Positions 1-7,631 of a DNA stretch of 64,000 nucleotides are shown here, piece by piece. Both the position numbers and the translations under genes were made by a program. The stretch's first letter is position 1. Each line of letters opens with the position of its first letter. Location of the stretch: the IMG/VR virus record IMGVR_UViG_3300045988_171964; one strand, given 5' to 3'. Source of the DNA: a virus. The notes beneath the pieces are model-generated. The model saw nothing but the letters and a program-made list of their open reading frames with translations, did no database searches and had not been told where the DNA came from.

Positions 1-410
1 GCCCACCGATGAGCACACACCGCCCACCGTCTGGACTTATCACCCACCAACACCAAGAGGCACGCCCACCGATGAGGAACACACCGCCCACCGTCTGGAC
101 TTATCACCCACCAACACCAGGAGACACGCCCACCGATGAGCACACACCGCCCACCGTCTGGACTTATCACCCACCAACACCAAGAGGCACGCCCACCGAT
201 GAGGAACACACCGCCCACCGTCTGGACTTATCACCCACCAACACCAGGAGACACGCCCACCGATGAGCACACACCGCCCACCGTCTGGACTTATCACCCA
301 CCAACACCAAGAGGCACGCCCACCGATGAGGAACACACCGCCCACCGTCTGGACTTATCACCCACCAACACCAGGAGACACGCCCACCGATGAGCACACA
401 CCGCCCACCG
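1..410. repeat. Tandem repeat of alternating 63-bp and 64-bp units (127-bp super-unit), about 6.5 units, truncated by the window start
   Basis: Unit A is gcccaccgatgagcacacaccgcccaccgtctggacttatcacccaccaacaccaagaggcac and unit B is the gaggaac/aggagacac variant. They alternate strictly. The ORF track repeats identical 85-aa ORFs every 127 nt. Confidence 0.95.
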
Positions 411-607
411 TTTTATTTTTCCTATATATAATAAGGTATACTATATATAATAAGAAATAAAGATATAACATTATATTTTTATTTAGGTAAACATATATAT
501 TTGTAAATAACTGTAAAAATAAAGAGATATATTGTTTTCAAACGTTAAATATAAGGATAAATCTTTATTTTTTCATCAAATTATTTGGTAGAATAAAGAT
601 AAATACG

Positions 608-615
608 TACCTTTG
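608..615 (+). promoter_or_regulatory. Bacteroidota-type -7 promoter box (TACCTTTG, consensus TAnnTTTG)
   Basis: tacctTTGcaaac lies about 50 nt upstream of the ATG at 664, inside a 250-bp AT-rich tract. Confidence 0.55.
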
Positions 616-663
616 CAAACGTAAACAAGAAACAAAATAATAAACGAATAAAAAATTAAAGTT

Positions 664-1032
664 ATGAAAAAGAATTTAGTTATCTCAAGTGTAGCTGCAA
701 TTGCAGCACTTAACCCTGAAGGTTTTACTGTTAACGCTGCAAACTTGCAGCCCGTAACTACAGGTTATGCAGTAGCATTAAAGAAGACACAAAACAGTTT
801 CGGGGCTGAAGGTTTGGCAAAGGTTGCAAACGTAATCGACGAACTCCAGGCTTCAGGTAATTTAAACGGCCGTACCTTAGCATTCGGCGGATGGTATGAT
901 TCCGAAAGCGGTTTATATTATTATGATGCTACAGTAATTTTCGAGGACCGCGATGAAGCTATCGAGGCGGGCCGCGCAAATGAACAACTTGCAATTTTTG
1001 ATCTTGCAAATCTAGAAGAAATTAGACTGTAA
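664..1032 (+). CDS. Hypothetical protein (122 aa), first gene of the cassette array
   Basis: Clean ORF downstream of a TAnnTTTG box. It is followed by a GC hairpin at 1046-1066. Confidence 0.65.
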   Translation: MKKNLVISSVAAIAALNPEGFTVNAANLQPVTTGYAVALKKTQNSFGAEGLAKVANVIDELQASGNLNGRTLAFGGWYDSESGLYYYDATVIFEDRDEAIEAGRANEQLAIFDLANLEEIRL

Positions 1033-1045
1033 TACATAGGAACAC

Positions 1046-1066
1046 GGGGGCCGCTCCGGCGGTCCC
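1046..1066 (+). terminator. GC-rich hairpin at a cassette boundary
   Basis: gggggccgc-tccg-gcggtccc stem-loop lies directly before the next cassette motif. There is no clear U-tract. Confidence 0.4.
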
Positions 1067-1097
1067 TATTATAGAAACTTTTTAAAATTTAGAAATC
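1067..1097 (+). promoter_or_regulatory. Cassette junction motif (TATTATAGAAC-N-AAAATTT-AGRAAT-ATG family)
   Basis: tattatagaaactttttaaaatttagaaatc abuts the ATG at 1098. Confidence 0.6.
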
Positions 1098-1346
1098 ATG
1101 AAAGAATTTTTTAAGATATTGGCAAATATGGAGATTACAAGTTTTATCTTGGTAATTATCCCCGTACCTTTTTTGTTAGGCGCTTTTTATACCGCTTATA
1201 ACTTGGTTTTTAACGAAGTGGTAAAGAAACAGGTAGCTATTGAAAATTTGTTATTATTAGGTGTTATTGCTGTTTTGATGTATGTTGTATTTGGTACTAT
1301 GTTTAGAATGGACTATAACGAAGCAAAACGAGAATTAAACAAATAA
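1098..1346 (+). CDS. Small membrane protein (82 aa, two hydrophobic segments)
   Basis: The ORF starts directly after the cassette motif. Hydrophobic stretches are ITSFILVIIPVPFLLGAFY and LLLLGVIAVLMYVVFG. Confidence 0.6.
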   Translation: MKEFFKILANMEITSFILVIIPVPFLLGAFYTAYNLVFNEVVKKQVAIENLLLLGVIAVLMYVVFGTMFRMDYNEAKRELNK

Positions 1347-1360
1347 TATAAGTACAATTA

Positions 1361-1394
1361 TATAGACTATAGAACTTTTTAAAATTTAGAAATT
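1361..1394 (+). promoter_or_regulatory. Cassette junction motif (variant)
   Basis: tatatagactatagaactttttaaaatttagaaatt abuts the ATG at 1395. Confidence 0.55.
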
Positions 1395-1832
1395 ATGAGT
1401 ACTAAAAGATATAATACCAAAACATTTGATTTTGTAGTTAACGGCGAACACGTTTATTTTACATGTGATACGACCAACACAAAAAACGGCTTCTGCCATC
1501 ATTTTTTTGCAAGTGGAGGCGGCAAATATTACGAACATTCCCGCGTGTCTTATTTAAATAGGACCTGGGAGTCTTTTGAGTATGAAACGGCGCTTTTGCA
1601 CGCCGTGGATAAATTCCCTAAAAGTATGCGCGTACCTTTGCGCCTGGAGATCCAGGCAGTAGCACAAAACGAACACGAGAAAGCAGAAGCTTTTTATAAG
1701 GCGTTCGCGGCTAACTTCGCGGCGTTGAGTACTGAACAAAAGAAATTTGTGCAGGATCATACACCTGTTATTAACAACATGAACCAGGCTAAAACCGTTA
1801 ACGCGGCCGTTGCTATGATGGCAGTATTATAA
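1395..1832 (+). CDS. Hypothetical protein (145 aa)
   Basis: ORF directly after the cassette motif. Confidence 0.65.
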   Translation: MSTKRYNTKTFDFVVNGEHVYFTCDTTNTKNGFCHHFFASGGGKYYEHSRVSYLNRTWESFEYETALLHAVDKFPKSMRVPLRLEIQAVAQNEHEKAEAFYKAFAANFAALSTEQKKFVQDHTPVINNMNQAKTVNAAVAMMAVL

Positions 1833-1874
1833 TATATTTTAAAGATTCCAGGGTGCAAAGGTTTGAGGCCTTGG

Positions 1875-1892
1875 CGGGGGATCATTCCCCCG
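1875..1892 (+). terminator. GC hairpin at a cassette boundary
   Basis: cggggga-tcat-tcccccg, a 7-bp stem. Confidence 0.4.
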
Positions 1893-1900
1893 GTACCCCC

Positions 1901-1930
1901 TATTATAGAACATTTAAAATTTTTAGAGTT
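1901..1930 (+). promoter_or_regulatory. Cassette junction motif
   Basis: tattatagaacatttaaaatttttagagtt abuts the ATG at 1931. Confidence 0.6.
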
Positions 1931-2206
1931 ATGGCAAAGTATACAAAGGAAATGGAATATAACGAACTTGCAAAACGCGGGGAGTGTTTTTGTGAAACTA
2001 GTAATTGCGGCGGTTATGGTATTGTTGTTAACGCCGGCAGCGATGCTGTATTGTGGCGCCGTTATTGTATGGACCAGGAACACACGGCGCAAAGATGGCA
2101 GGAAATTAAATACACGTTTCCAAGAAACGAGGAGGCGGAGGCGCGTCCTTATTTCACGGTGTACGGTACCCGTTATTATCTCGATAACTTTATGAGATGT
2201 GCGTAA
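1931..2206 (+). CDS. Cys-rich hypothetical protein (91 aa, MAKYTKEMEY...)
   Basis: This internal ATG of track ORF 1853..2206 is the one positioned directly after the cassette motif. Confidence 0.6.
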   Translation: MAKYTKEMEYNELAKRGECFCETSNCGGYGIVVNAGSDAVLWRRYCMDQEHTAQRWQEIKYTFPRNEEAEARPYFTVYGTRYYLDNFMRCA

Positions 2207-2215
2207 AAATACCCC

Positions 2216-2240
2216 GGTACCCTGGATATTTCAGGGTACC
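2216..2240 (+). terminator. Hairpin at a cassette boundary (GGTACCCTG / CAGGGTACC)
   Basis: Perfect 9-bp stem with a 7-nt loop. Confidence 0.45.
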
Positions 2241-2254
2241 CACAAAATAACTAT

Positions 2255-2282
2255 ATTATAGAATCTTTAAAATATTAAGATC
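2255..2282 (+). promoter_or_regulatory. Cassette junction motif
   Basis: tattatagaatctttaaaatattaagatc abuts the ATG at 2283. Confidence 0.55.
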
Positions 2283-2543
2283 ATGAATAATTATAATATC
2301 ATTTTTTCACGCCGTCCAGGTACGGCCGAACTAGTAAGCATTTTATTTGCGGTGTGTGCCCTTCTATTTGCACGCCTGAACAAAAGTACCTTTGCGGCTA
2401 TAAAATCCGCCTGGCAGTGGCTTTTTAAGCCTGAAACTTACTTTGCAAGTGACGGCGAAGGCGTGACAGTTAACGGGCTGCAAATTATAGGTCTTAATCT
2501 AATTACCGCGGCCGTGTGTTTGATATTATCAATATCTTTATAA
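2283..2543 (+). CDS. Small membrane protein (86 aa)
   Basis: ORF directly after the motif. Hydrophobic segments are LVSILFAVCALLFA and IIGLNLITAAVCLILSI. Confidence 0.6.
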   Translation: MNNYNIIFSRRPGTAELVSILFAVCALLFARLNKSTFAAIKSAWQWLFKPETYFASDGEGVTVNGLQIIGLNLITAAVCLILSISL

Positions 2544-2688
2544 TGATATTCTTTTTCAAGCTTTAAATAACAGGGTGCAAAGATTTTGAGATCTCCAGGC
2601 GGTTCGCGGACCGCCGGCACCTTCTAACAAGGTGATAAAAGCCGCTTTTATAGCGGGTGTAAAATACCACTAGGAATTAATAAATATA

Positions 2689-2717
2689 TATTATAGAACA
2701 TTTAAATTTTTAAGGTT
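2689..2717 (+). promoter_or_regulatory. Cassette junction motif
   Basis: tattatagaacatttaaatttttaaggtt abuts the ATG at 2718. Confidence 0.6.
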
Positions 2718-3392
2718 ATGGCTACATGTAATTTTATGAGCGCAAATTGCACCCGCTATTTTGCAATTGGTATGAATCGATACTATACTAAAGAAGACGT
2801 GGAGGAGTGCGACCTGGATCCGGAACTTGAAGGGGAGTTTGATGAGTTCGGAACGGAAACAGATTATGATTTTGCCAAGCAAAATATAGTTTCAGGTCTT
2901 CAGGCGAAGGGCTGGGAGGATTACGACGGGTACGAAGGCGACGCGCGCGTAATTGCTTACAAGGATAAATCACTCGTTTATGGAGGCTGTGAAATTTCAC
3001 TCGAAATAAAAGCCCTGGTGCGTTTCGGTTATTACGAAGGCGCTTGTATGGATCTTTCTGGTAAAGTTACTATAGACTCTGCCGGTGATTACTGGACCGG
3101 CAGCCCTGAATATGATATGTTTGATGATGGCGAATTTAGCGAGGTTTCCGTGGTAGATGATAATTGGACTGGGAACGCCGGTTTAGATCACCTTCAGGCA
3201 AAGAACATTATCAAGAAATTAAACGCTATTATAGAGGATCTGAGAAATGAAGCAGAGTACGTTTTTTCTTGCTATTGTGGAGAAGAGTTGGCCGTTGCAT
3301 ACCACTGTAGTAACGGGGAAACAGGCTACAGCAGAATCGAAAAAAGACTCTATCAAGAAGTAGACGAAACGAAGCCTAACAAGGCAGCATAA
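2718..3392 (+). CDS. Acidic hypothetical protein (224 aa, D/E-rich)
   Basis: ORF directly after the motif. Acidic runs include DLDPELEGEFDEFGTETDYD. Confidence 0.7.
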   Translation: MATCNFMSANCTRYFAIGMNRYYTKEDVEECDLDPELEGEFDEFGTETDYDFAKQNIVSGLQAKGWEDYDGYEGDARVIAYKDKSLVYGGCEISLEIKALVRFGYYEGACMDLSGKVTIDSAGDYWTGSPEYDMFDDGEFSEVSVVDDNWTGNAGLDHLQAKNIIKKLNAIIEDLRNEAEYVFSCYCGEELAVAYHCSNGETGYSRIEKRLYQEVDETKPNKAA

Positions 3393-3401
3393 ACGCAAAA
3401 C

Positions 3402-3430
3402 GGGGTACCCCTGGAGGCTTCAGGGTACCC
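3402..3430 (+). terminator. Hairpin at a cassette boundary (GGGTACCCCTG / CAGGGTACCC)
   Basis: Stem-loop homologous to the hairpin at 4690-4710. Confidence 0.45.
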
Positions 3431-3458
3431 ACTATTATAAAATGTGTAAAATATCACT

Positions 3459-3487
3459 TATTATAGAACATCTGAAATTTTAAGGTT
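3459..3487 (+). promoter_or_regulatory. Cassette junction motif
   Basis: tattatagaacatctgaaattttaaggtt abuts the ATG at 3488. It is preceded by aaaatatcact. Confidence 0.6.
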
Positions 3488-3766
3488 ATGAAAGAATTAA
3501 AGAAATTAGCTATCTTATTACGTGCACTTGGTTTTAAGGTAGAAGTGGAAAATGAAACAATTAGTTTTGGCGACGGTGCTGTATATGATAATATCTTTGC
3601 TGCTGTCGATTTGGCAAACTGCCACTGGGACATCTGGCACGAAGGCAGAACGTTTGAGGTACACTTTTTCGCAAATAATGAGTGTATTTATGATCAGGTG
3701 TACTTCTCATTTCAGTTCGACGTTATCAAACAGATTTTTATCGATTACGACAAATACGGGAAATAA
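3488..3766 (+). CDS. Hypothetical protein (92 aa)
   Basis: ORF directly after the motif. Confidence 0.6.
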   Translation: MKELKKLAILLRALGFKVEVENETISFGDGAVYDNIFAAVDLANCHWDIWHEGRTFEVHFFANNECIYDQVYFSFQFDVIKQIFIDYDKYGK

Positions 3767-3827
3767 GCCTGTGAAGGCTTCCGGGTACCCCTGGAGTCTT
3801 CTTTATAGGCTGCAAAGAATATCACTC

Positions 3828-3858
3828 TATTATTGAACATTTTAAATTTTGAAGAATT
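3828..3858 (+). promoter_or_regulatory. Cassette junction motif
   Basis: tattattgaacattttaaattttgaagaatt abuts the ATG at 3859. Confidence 0.55.
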
Positions 3859-4683
3859 ATGGAAACAAAGATAGATTTAAATAATTTAGAGAAAGAAAAT
3901 ATCGTGAATATCGCGGACCGCCTGGGCGTTTTGTCTGAAGACTCAGGAGATGTTTTCCTGTGGTTTTATGATACTCTTTCTGCCCCAACATCAAAAACTT
4001 TCAGCAGCGAGGAAAACGCGAAGGAGTACGGAATTTTGAGAAATGAGTTTTACATGCGCCGTGGCTTGATTGAACGCGATGAGCCAAAAAACTATATTAT
4101 AGGCTCGGAAAAAGATTACCGGAACGCCGTGAAGGCCTGGCAACGTCGCAAGAAAAACGAGGAAGTAAGAAAGTACCGCGAACACGTCGATAAACTCGTG
4201 GACCGCACAAACAAAGAAATTATAGCCCTGAAGGCACTCAAAGATGTTTGCTGTACCTTCGACGGCAAAGTGATAAATAAGCGCTTCCTGGACGCTGCAA
4301 CGAAGGCGACGGGCTTTAATTGTAGTTTCTGTGAAGACTGCCTGTTTATGTTTGCTATTAATTCATACGGGGAGTATGCTCCAGGTATTACGCTTTATCC
4401 TACTTCATGCTCTAAGATATATAAGGCGTGGGAATGGACCACGGGCGACCGTATGGAGGCAGAAAAAGCCCTGGGCGTGATCGACGGGTATATTCTGGAT
4501 AAAAGGCAGGATATTGCCAAATATAAAGAAAGTACTAAACATTATGCTAAGTACGTGGAACAGGTACGCAAAATTGAGGCTGCATTCCATGAATTGATAA
4601 AAACCGACGATACAATAAAAAGCTGGGCGCGTGAACACGACCTGGAAAAATACCCGCTTGTTAGTCACATCTGGGCATTCTAG
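3859..4683 (+). CDS. Hypothetical protein (274 aa)
   Basis: ORF directly after the motif. Confidence 0.7.
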   Translation: METKIDLNNLEKENIVNIADRLGVLSEDSGDVFLWFYDTLSAPTSKTFSSEENAKEYGILRNEFYMRRGLIERDEPKNYIIGSEKDYRNAVKAWQRRKKNEEVRKYREHVDKLVDRTNKEIIALKALKDVCCTFDGKVINKRFLDAATKATGFNCSFCEDCLFMFAINSYGEYAPGITLYPTSCSKIYKAWEWTTGDRMEAEKALGVIDGYILDKRQDIAKYKESTKHYAKYVEQVRKIEAAFHELIKTDDTIKSWAREHDLEKYPLVSHIWAF

Positions 4684-4689
4684 CAGCTA

Positions 4690-4710
4690 GCCCTGGAGGC
4701 TATCCAGGGC
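4690..4710 (+). terminator. Hairpin at a cassette boundary (GCCCTGG / CCAGGGC)
   Basis: gccctgg-aggctat-ccagggc. Confidence 0.45.
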
Positions 4711-4740
4711 ACCTGTTTATAGAAAGTGTGAAATATTACT

Positions 4741-4771
4741 TATTATAGAACGTTTTAAATTTTGAGGATTT
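4741..4771 (+). promoter_or_regulatory. Cassette junction motif
   Basis: tattatagaacgttttaaattttgaggattt abuts an ATG at 4772, not the ATG at 4841. Confidence 0.6.
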
Positions 4772-4840
4772 ATGATTAATACGAAATTATATGTAGATAT
4801 TCTGAGCCGCTAGGCAAAGAAGGATGGCCGGCCACACGAA

Positions 4841-5482
4841 ATGGCACTGAGTGATTTTTGCGACTTCCTTCTTGATTTGTTCAGCGTAGAGGCATTCAAG
4901 GGCAAAGGAGCAGATAGCTTGAAAAACTGGTTCGATGAACGTATCGGCAAAAAGCCTGATTTCGGGCTGCTGGCTACTAACTGGCTTGTAGATGTTAGCA
5001 CGGCACTCCAGAAGGGCACTTGGCTCGATGCTTTCGGCATTCTTTATGAGGATATGTATCTATCACGCGGCAAGGCTTCTCAGACAGGGCAATTTTTTAC
5101 GCCTAAGGATGTTTCCGACCTGGTAAGTGATATTATAGGCTCGAAAGAAAAACAGGCTTCTAGCCCCGTTATTTCGGGCAAAATGGTAAATGATTGTGCA
5201 GCTGGCAGTGGCCGCCTTCTTCTTTCTCATTTCGCAAAGATGAGCAGCCCTGATCCTTCAGTTGGTAGAACTTATAAATATATTGCCCAGGATTCAGATC
5301 CGCTGGCATGTAAGATGTGCGCCCTGAACATGATGGCACACGGTATGAACGGCGTCGTTATCTGCCAGGACACTTTGGCGATGAGTAAACCAACGGCAAC
5401 GTATTACATAAACGAAGTGAAATATCCGTTTATCACGCCTTTTTATAGCGTGCGTATTGTATCAGGGAATCCTCAAAAGTAG
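4841..5482 (+). CDS. SAM-dependent N6-adenine DNA methyltransferase-like protein (gamma/HsdM-like order), ending at a degenerate motif IV. The motif-positioned start is 4772, with an in-frame TAG at 4811.
   Basis: Motif X-like GQFFTP, motif I-like NDCAAGSGRLLL, then QDTL. The protein ends in SGNPQK where NPPF/Y would be expected. Confidence 0.6.
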   Translation: MALSDFCDFLLDLFSVEAFKGKGADSLKNWFDERIGKKPDFGLLATNWLVDVSTALQKGTWLDAFGILYEDMYLSRGKASQTGQFFTPKDVSDLVSDIIGSKEKQASSPVISGKMVNDCAAGSGRLLLSHFAKMSSPDPSVGRTYKYIAQDSDPLACKMCALNMMAHGMNGVVICQDTLAMSKPTATYYINEVKYPFITPFYSVRIVSGNPQK

Positions 5483-5489
5483 GATTCCC
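5465..5489 (+). terminator. Hairpin overlapping the stop codon
   Basis: gggaatcc-tcaaaagta-ggattccc, an 8-bp stem. Confidence 0.4.
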
Positions 5490-5508
5490 TGGGAATAGAA
5501 AGAAACAT

Positions 5509-5536
5509 ATTATAGAACATTTAAAATTTTAAGGTT
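5509..5536 (+). promoter_or_regulatory. Cassette junction motif
   Basis: tattatagaacatttaaaattttaaggtt abuts the ATG at 5537. Confidence 0.6.
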
Positions 5537-6175
5537 ATGGAAAAGAAAAAGAAATTAGATGTATCAAACATCGACCTGGTAAGCTTCGAAGGCTTTTATC
5601 AGACTATCTGGGATTCTTCTTTTGAGGTATCAGATTACGAGTACCGGAACGAAGTTGTAGAGGATGAGGATTTCACCTTCAATGAAGACAGCTACCAGAA
5701 GGCAGTTTGCGAGGCATACACCAAGCAGTGGGAACGTTGGCTCCAGCAGTATGTTTGCAAAGATATTAAATTGTCCTTCGTAGGCGTGCAGCACCCTCTG
5801 GCTTATAACTTCAGTACCGATACTATCCAGGTTAAAATCGGGCTATCTAGCGAGGCAAAGAAGGCAATTATAGCAAAGGTAAGAAATCACCGTGAAGAGA
5901 TAGCCGGCTGGATCAAGGAAAATCACTCTTCCAGCGATGGTTTCTGGTCCTTTCTGAGTAATGATATTAAAGACTGGAACCGTGCAGCCTTATTCAACCA
6001 TACGAGCGACCGTCAGGAAGCCTATCTTGCCTACATGCTGTATTATATAGTGAAGGCTGAAATCGGGGCTAAGAACGGCGACGACCGCCTGGAGATGATG
6101 GCTTATTACAACATCTTCGAGCAGATGAGCATCACAGAGTTTATCACATACCCTGGCAATAATAAGGCAGCCTGA
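5537..6175 (+). CDS. Hypothetical protein (212 aa)
   Basis: ORF directly after the motif. Confidence 0.7.
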   Translation: MEKKKKLDVSNIDLVSFEGFYQTIWDSSFEVSDYEYRNEVVEDEDFTFNEDSYQKAVCEAYTKQWERWLQQYVCKDIKLSFVGVQHPLAYNFSTDTIQVKIGLSSEAKKAIIAKVRNHREEIAGWIKENHSSSDGFWSFLSNDIKDWNRAALFNHTSDRQEAYLAYMLYYIVKAEIGAKNGDDRLEMMAYYNIFEQMSITEFITYPGNNKAA

Positions 6176-6200
6176 GCGCTGCCCTATTATTGCCCATCGG

Positions 6201-6237
6201 AAAAATTAGAAATCACTCATTATAGAACAGATAGAAA
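6201..6237 (+). promoter_or_regulatory. Cassette junction motif (variant)
   Basis: aaaaattagaaatcactcattatagaacagatagaaa abuts the ATG at 6238. Confidence 0.5.
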
Positions 6238-6594
6238 ATGAAGAAATCATCAGCTATATATAATTTCGCTATATCGCAGCAGCAGGGTAAAATCCTGCTG
6301 ACTGCCCAGGAATATCCCTGGAGTGTGCTCCAGGTAATCACTTTCGAGCCACAATATTTCGATAAGGTGGTGGCGCTTTGCAAGCGCCGTGGTATGGTAG
6401 CCACCCACGACAAGGACCGCTCCTTCTGCATCATCCATCTTGGCAGTGGCGACCAGGGCGGCAAATATCCAGATAAGCATATCAATACTGATACGCCAGC
6501 AGCTATCGACAAGTATCTGGAAGCATTGAAAGATGCGATGGCGCAAGCAGTAGTGTGGTATTATAGCAATATTATAGCAACAACGAAAAATTAG
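6238..6594 (+). CDS. Hypothetical protein (118 aa)
   Basis: ORF after the variant motif. Its 3' end carries the next junction motif. Confidence 0.6.
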   Translation: MKKSSAIYNFAISQQQGKILLTAQEYPWSVLQVITFEPQYFDKVVALCKRRGMVATHDKDRSFCIIHLGSGDQGGKYPDKHINTDTPAAIDKYLEALKDAMAQAVVWYYSNIIATTKN

Positions 6595-6599
6595 AAATC
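6570..6599 (+). promoter_or_regulatory. Cassette junction motif (variant, overlaps the upstream coding 3' end)
   Basis: tattatagcaacaacgaaaaattagaaatc abuts the ATG at 6600. Confidence 0.5.
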
Positions 6600-6863
6600 A
6601 TGAGAAAGTTAACAAAGAAAGATAAGGAGTTTTTAAAGAAAATCGGCTATCTCGAAGAGGATTTCAACCAGATAGAAGAAGCTAATTATAAGTATTATAC
6701 TGAAGATGATCAGAGAATCAGCGAGGAGGAAGCTCTTAAAAAGTTAGGTAGAGATCGCTGGCTGTCTGGTATCGGTAGAGCCTGTTTTCATGCTTCTGCT
6801 GTAAGGGAGTGCAAGCGTGGTTCAGAGACCATATATATTAAAAGTGATACTTTCGATAAATAA
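6600..6863 (+). CDS. Hypothetical protein (87 aa)
   Basis: ORF directly after the variant motif. Confidence 0.6.
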   Translation: MRKLTKKDKEFLKKIGYLEEDFNQIEEANYKYYTEDDQRISEEEALKKLGRDRWLSGIGRACFHASAVRECKRGSETIYIKSDTFDK

Positions 6864-6876
6864 TATCACAATCACA

Positions 6877-6907
6877 TATTTATAACAACATTAAAAAATT
6901 AGAAATT
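6877..6907 (+). promoter_or_regulatory. Cassette junction motif (variant)
   Basis: tatttataacaacattaaaaaattagaaatt abuts the ATG at 6908. Confidence 0.5.
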
Positions 6908-7468
6908 ATGAAAGCAAAGAATAATAATAAGAACGGTATGAACGTTATAAAGAATAAGGAGAACGAAGTGCAGGTGACAGAAGAGAGCCGCAAGGCATAC
7001 GGACGGCCATCCATCAACGAGGAGAAGGGCTGGAAGCTGGATCACGTTATCCCTTTTGACTTCTATCACAACGCTTATATCAAGAGCCGCAAGGGTATCG
7101 ATGAGCTTGTGAAGATGGTGCTGCAGGAGTGTAATATCAGCCCTGACGATACCTGCTCTTGGGCAAAGGACATCCGCACGATTATTAAGCATAGTATTGA
7201 GAACTATGACAAGCTTTTGGAGGAGAGCGAGGACACTCCGGACGAAGAGGACCTGAACCTATCAGGGTGTTTGATTGGCGATGCAATCGAATTTCGGCAT
7301 GAGGCTTTTTATCCTGCCGATTACATCGCTCCTCATACCTTTGAGGAGACGAAAGAGGAATACGTTCGGGAAGGTAACTGGAAGAGTTTTCTGGCCTTTA
7401 ATAGTATGACCGAGGAGGAATATAAGGAGTATTACAACAAACACTATTTTCCTGCTGATGTAGCATAG
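6908..7468 (+). CDS. Acidic hypothetical protein (186 aa), last gene of the cassette array
   Basis: ORF after the variant motif, E/D-rich. It is followed by structured GC-rich sequence and a hairpin plus T-run at 7563-7590. Confidence 0.65.
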   Translation: MKAKNNNKNGMNVIKNKENEVQVTEESRKAYGRPSINEEKGWKLDHVIPFDFYHNAYIKSRKGIDELVKMVLQECNISPDDTCSWAKDIRTIIKHSIENYDKLLEESEDTPDEEDLNLSGCLIGDAIEFRHEAFYPADYIAPHTFEETKEEYVREGNWKSFLAFNSMTEEEYKEYYNKHYFPADVA

Positions 7469-7562
7469 AAATCCCCTACCCCGTCCGGCAGACCGGCAAG
7501 CGTGGAGCGACACCGCCACGGGGTGCGTTATTTTAAACATAACTTTAAGATTTTAATTGTTT

Positions 7563-7590
7563 TGCGGAAGCGTCCGCATTTGTTTTAGTT
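7563..7590 (+). terminator. Intrinsic-terminator-like hairpin with a T-rich tail
   Basis: gcggaagcgtccgc followed by atttgtttt. Confidence 0.5.
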
Positions 7591-7631
7591 TACAGGCTGT
7601 CTGCGGTCTGTGAGGATAGCAGCAGCAATTT

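Noticed and set aside
1-410. Possible CRISPR array
   Set aside because: There are no unique spacers. The whole 127-bp super-unit, including the sequence between the conserved boxes, is repeated almost exactly. The units are 63/64 bp and no cas genes are nearby.
9-460. Pro/Thr-rich 85-aa ORFs (both strands) in the tandem array as a repeat-protein gene
   Set aside because: The repeat period is 127 nt, which is not a multiple of 3. Each copy therefore restarts in a rotated frame and terminates, so there is no single long ORF. Both strands give equivalent ORFs, as expected from repeat artefacts.
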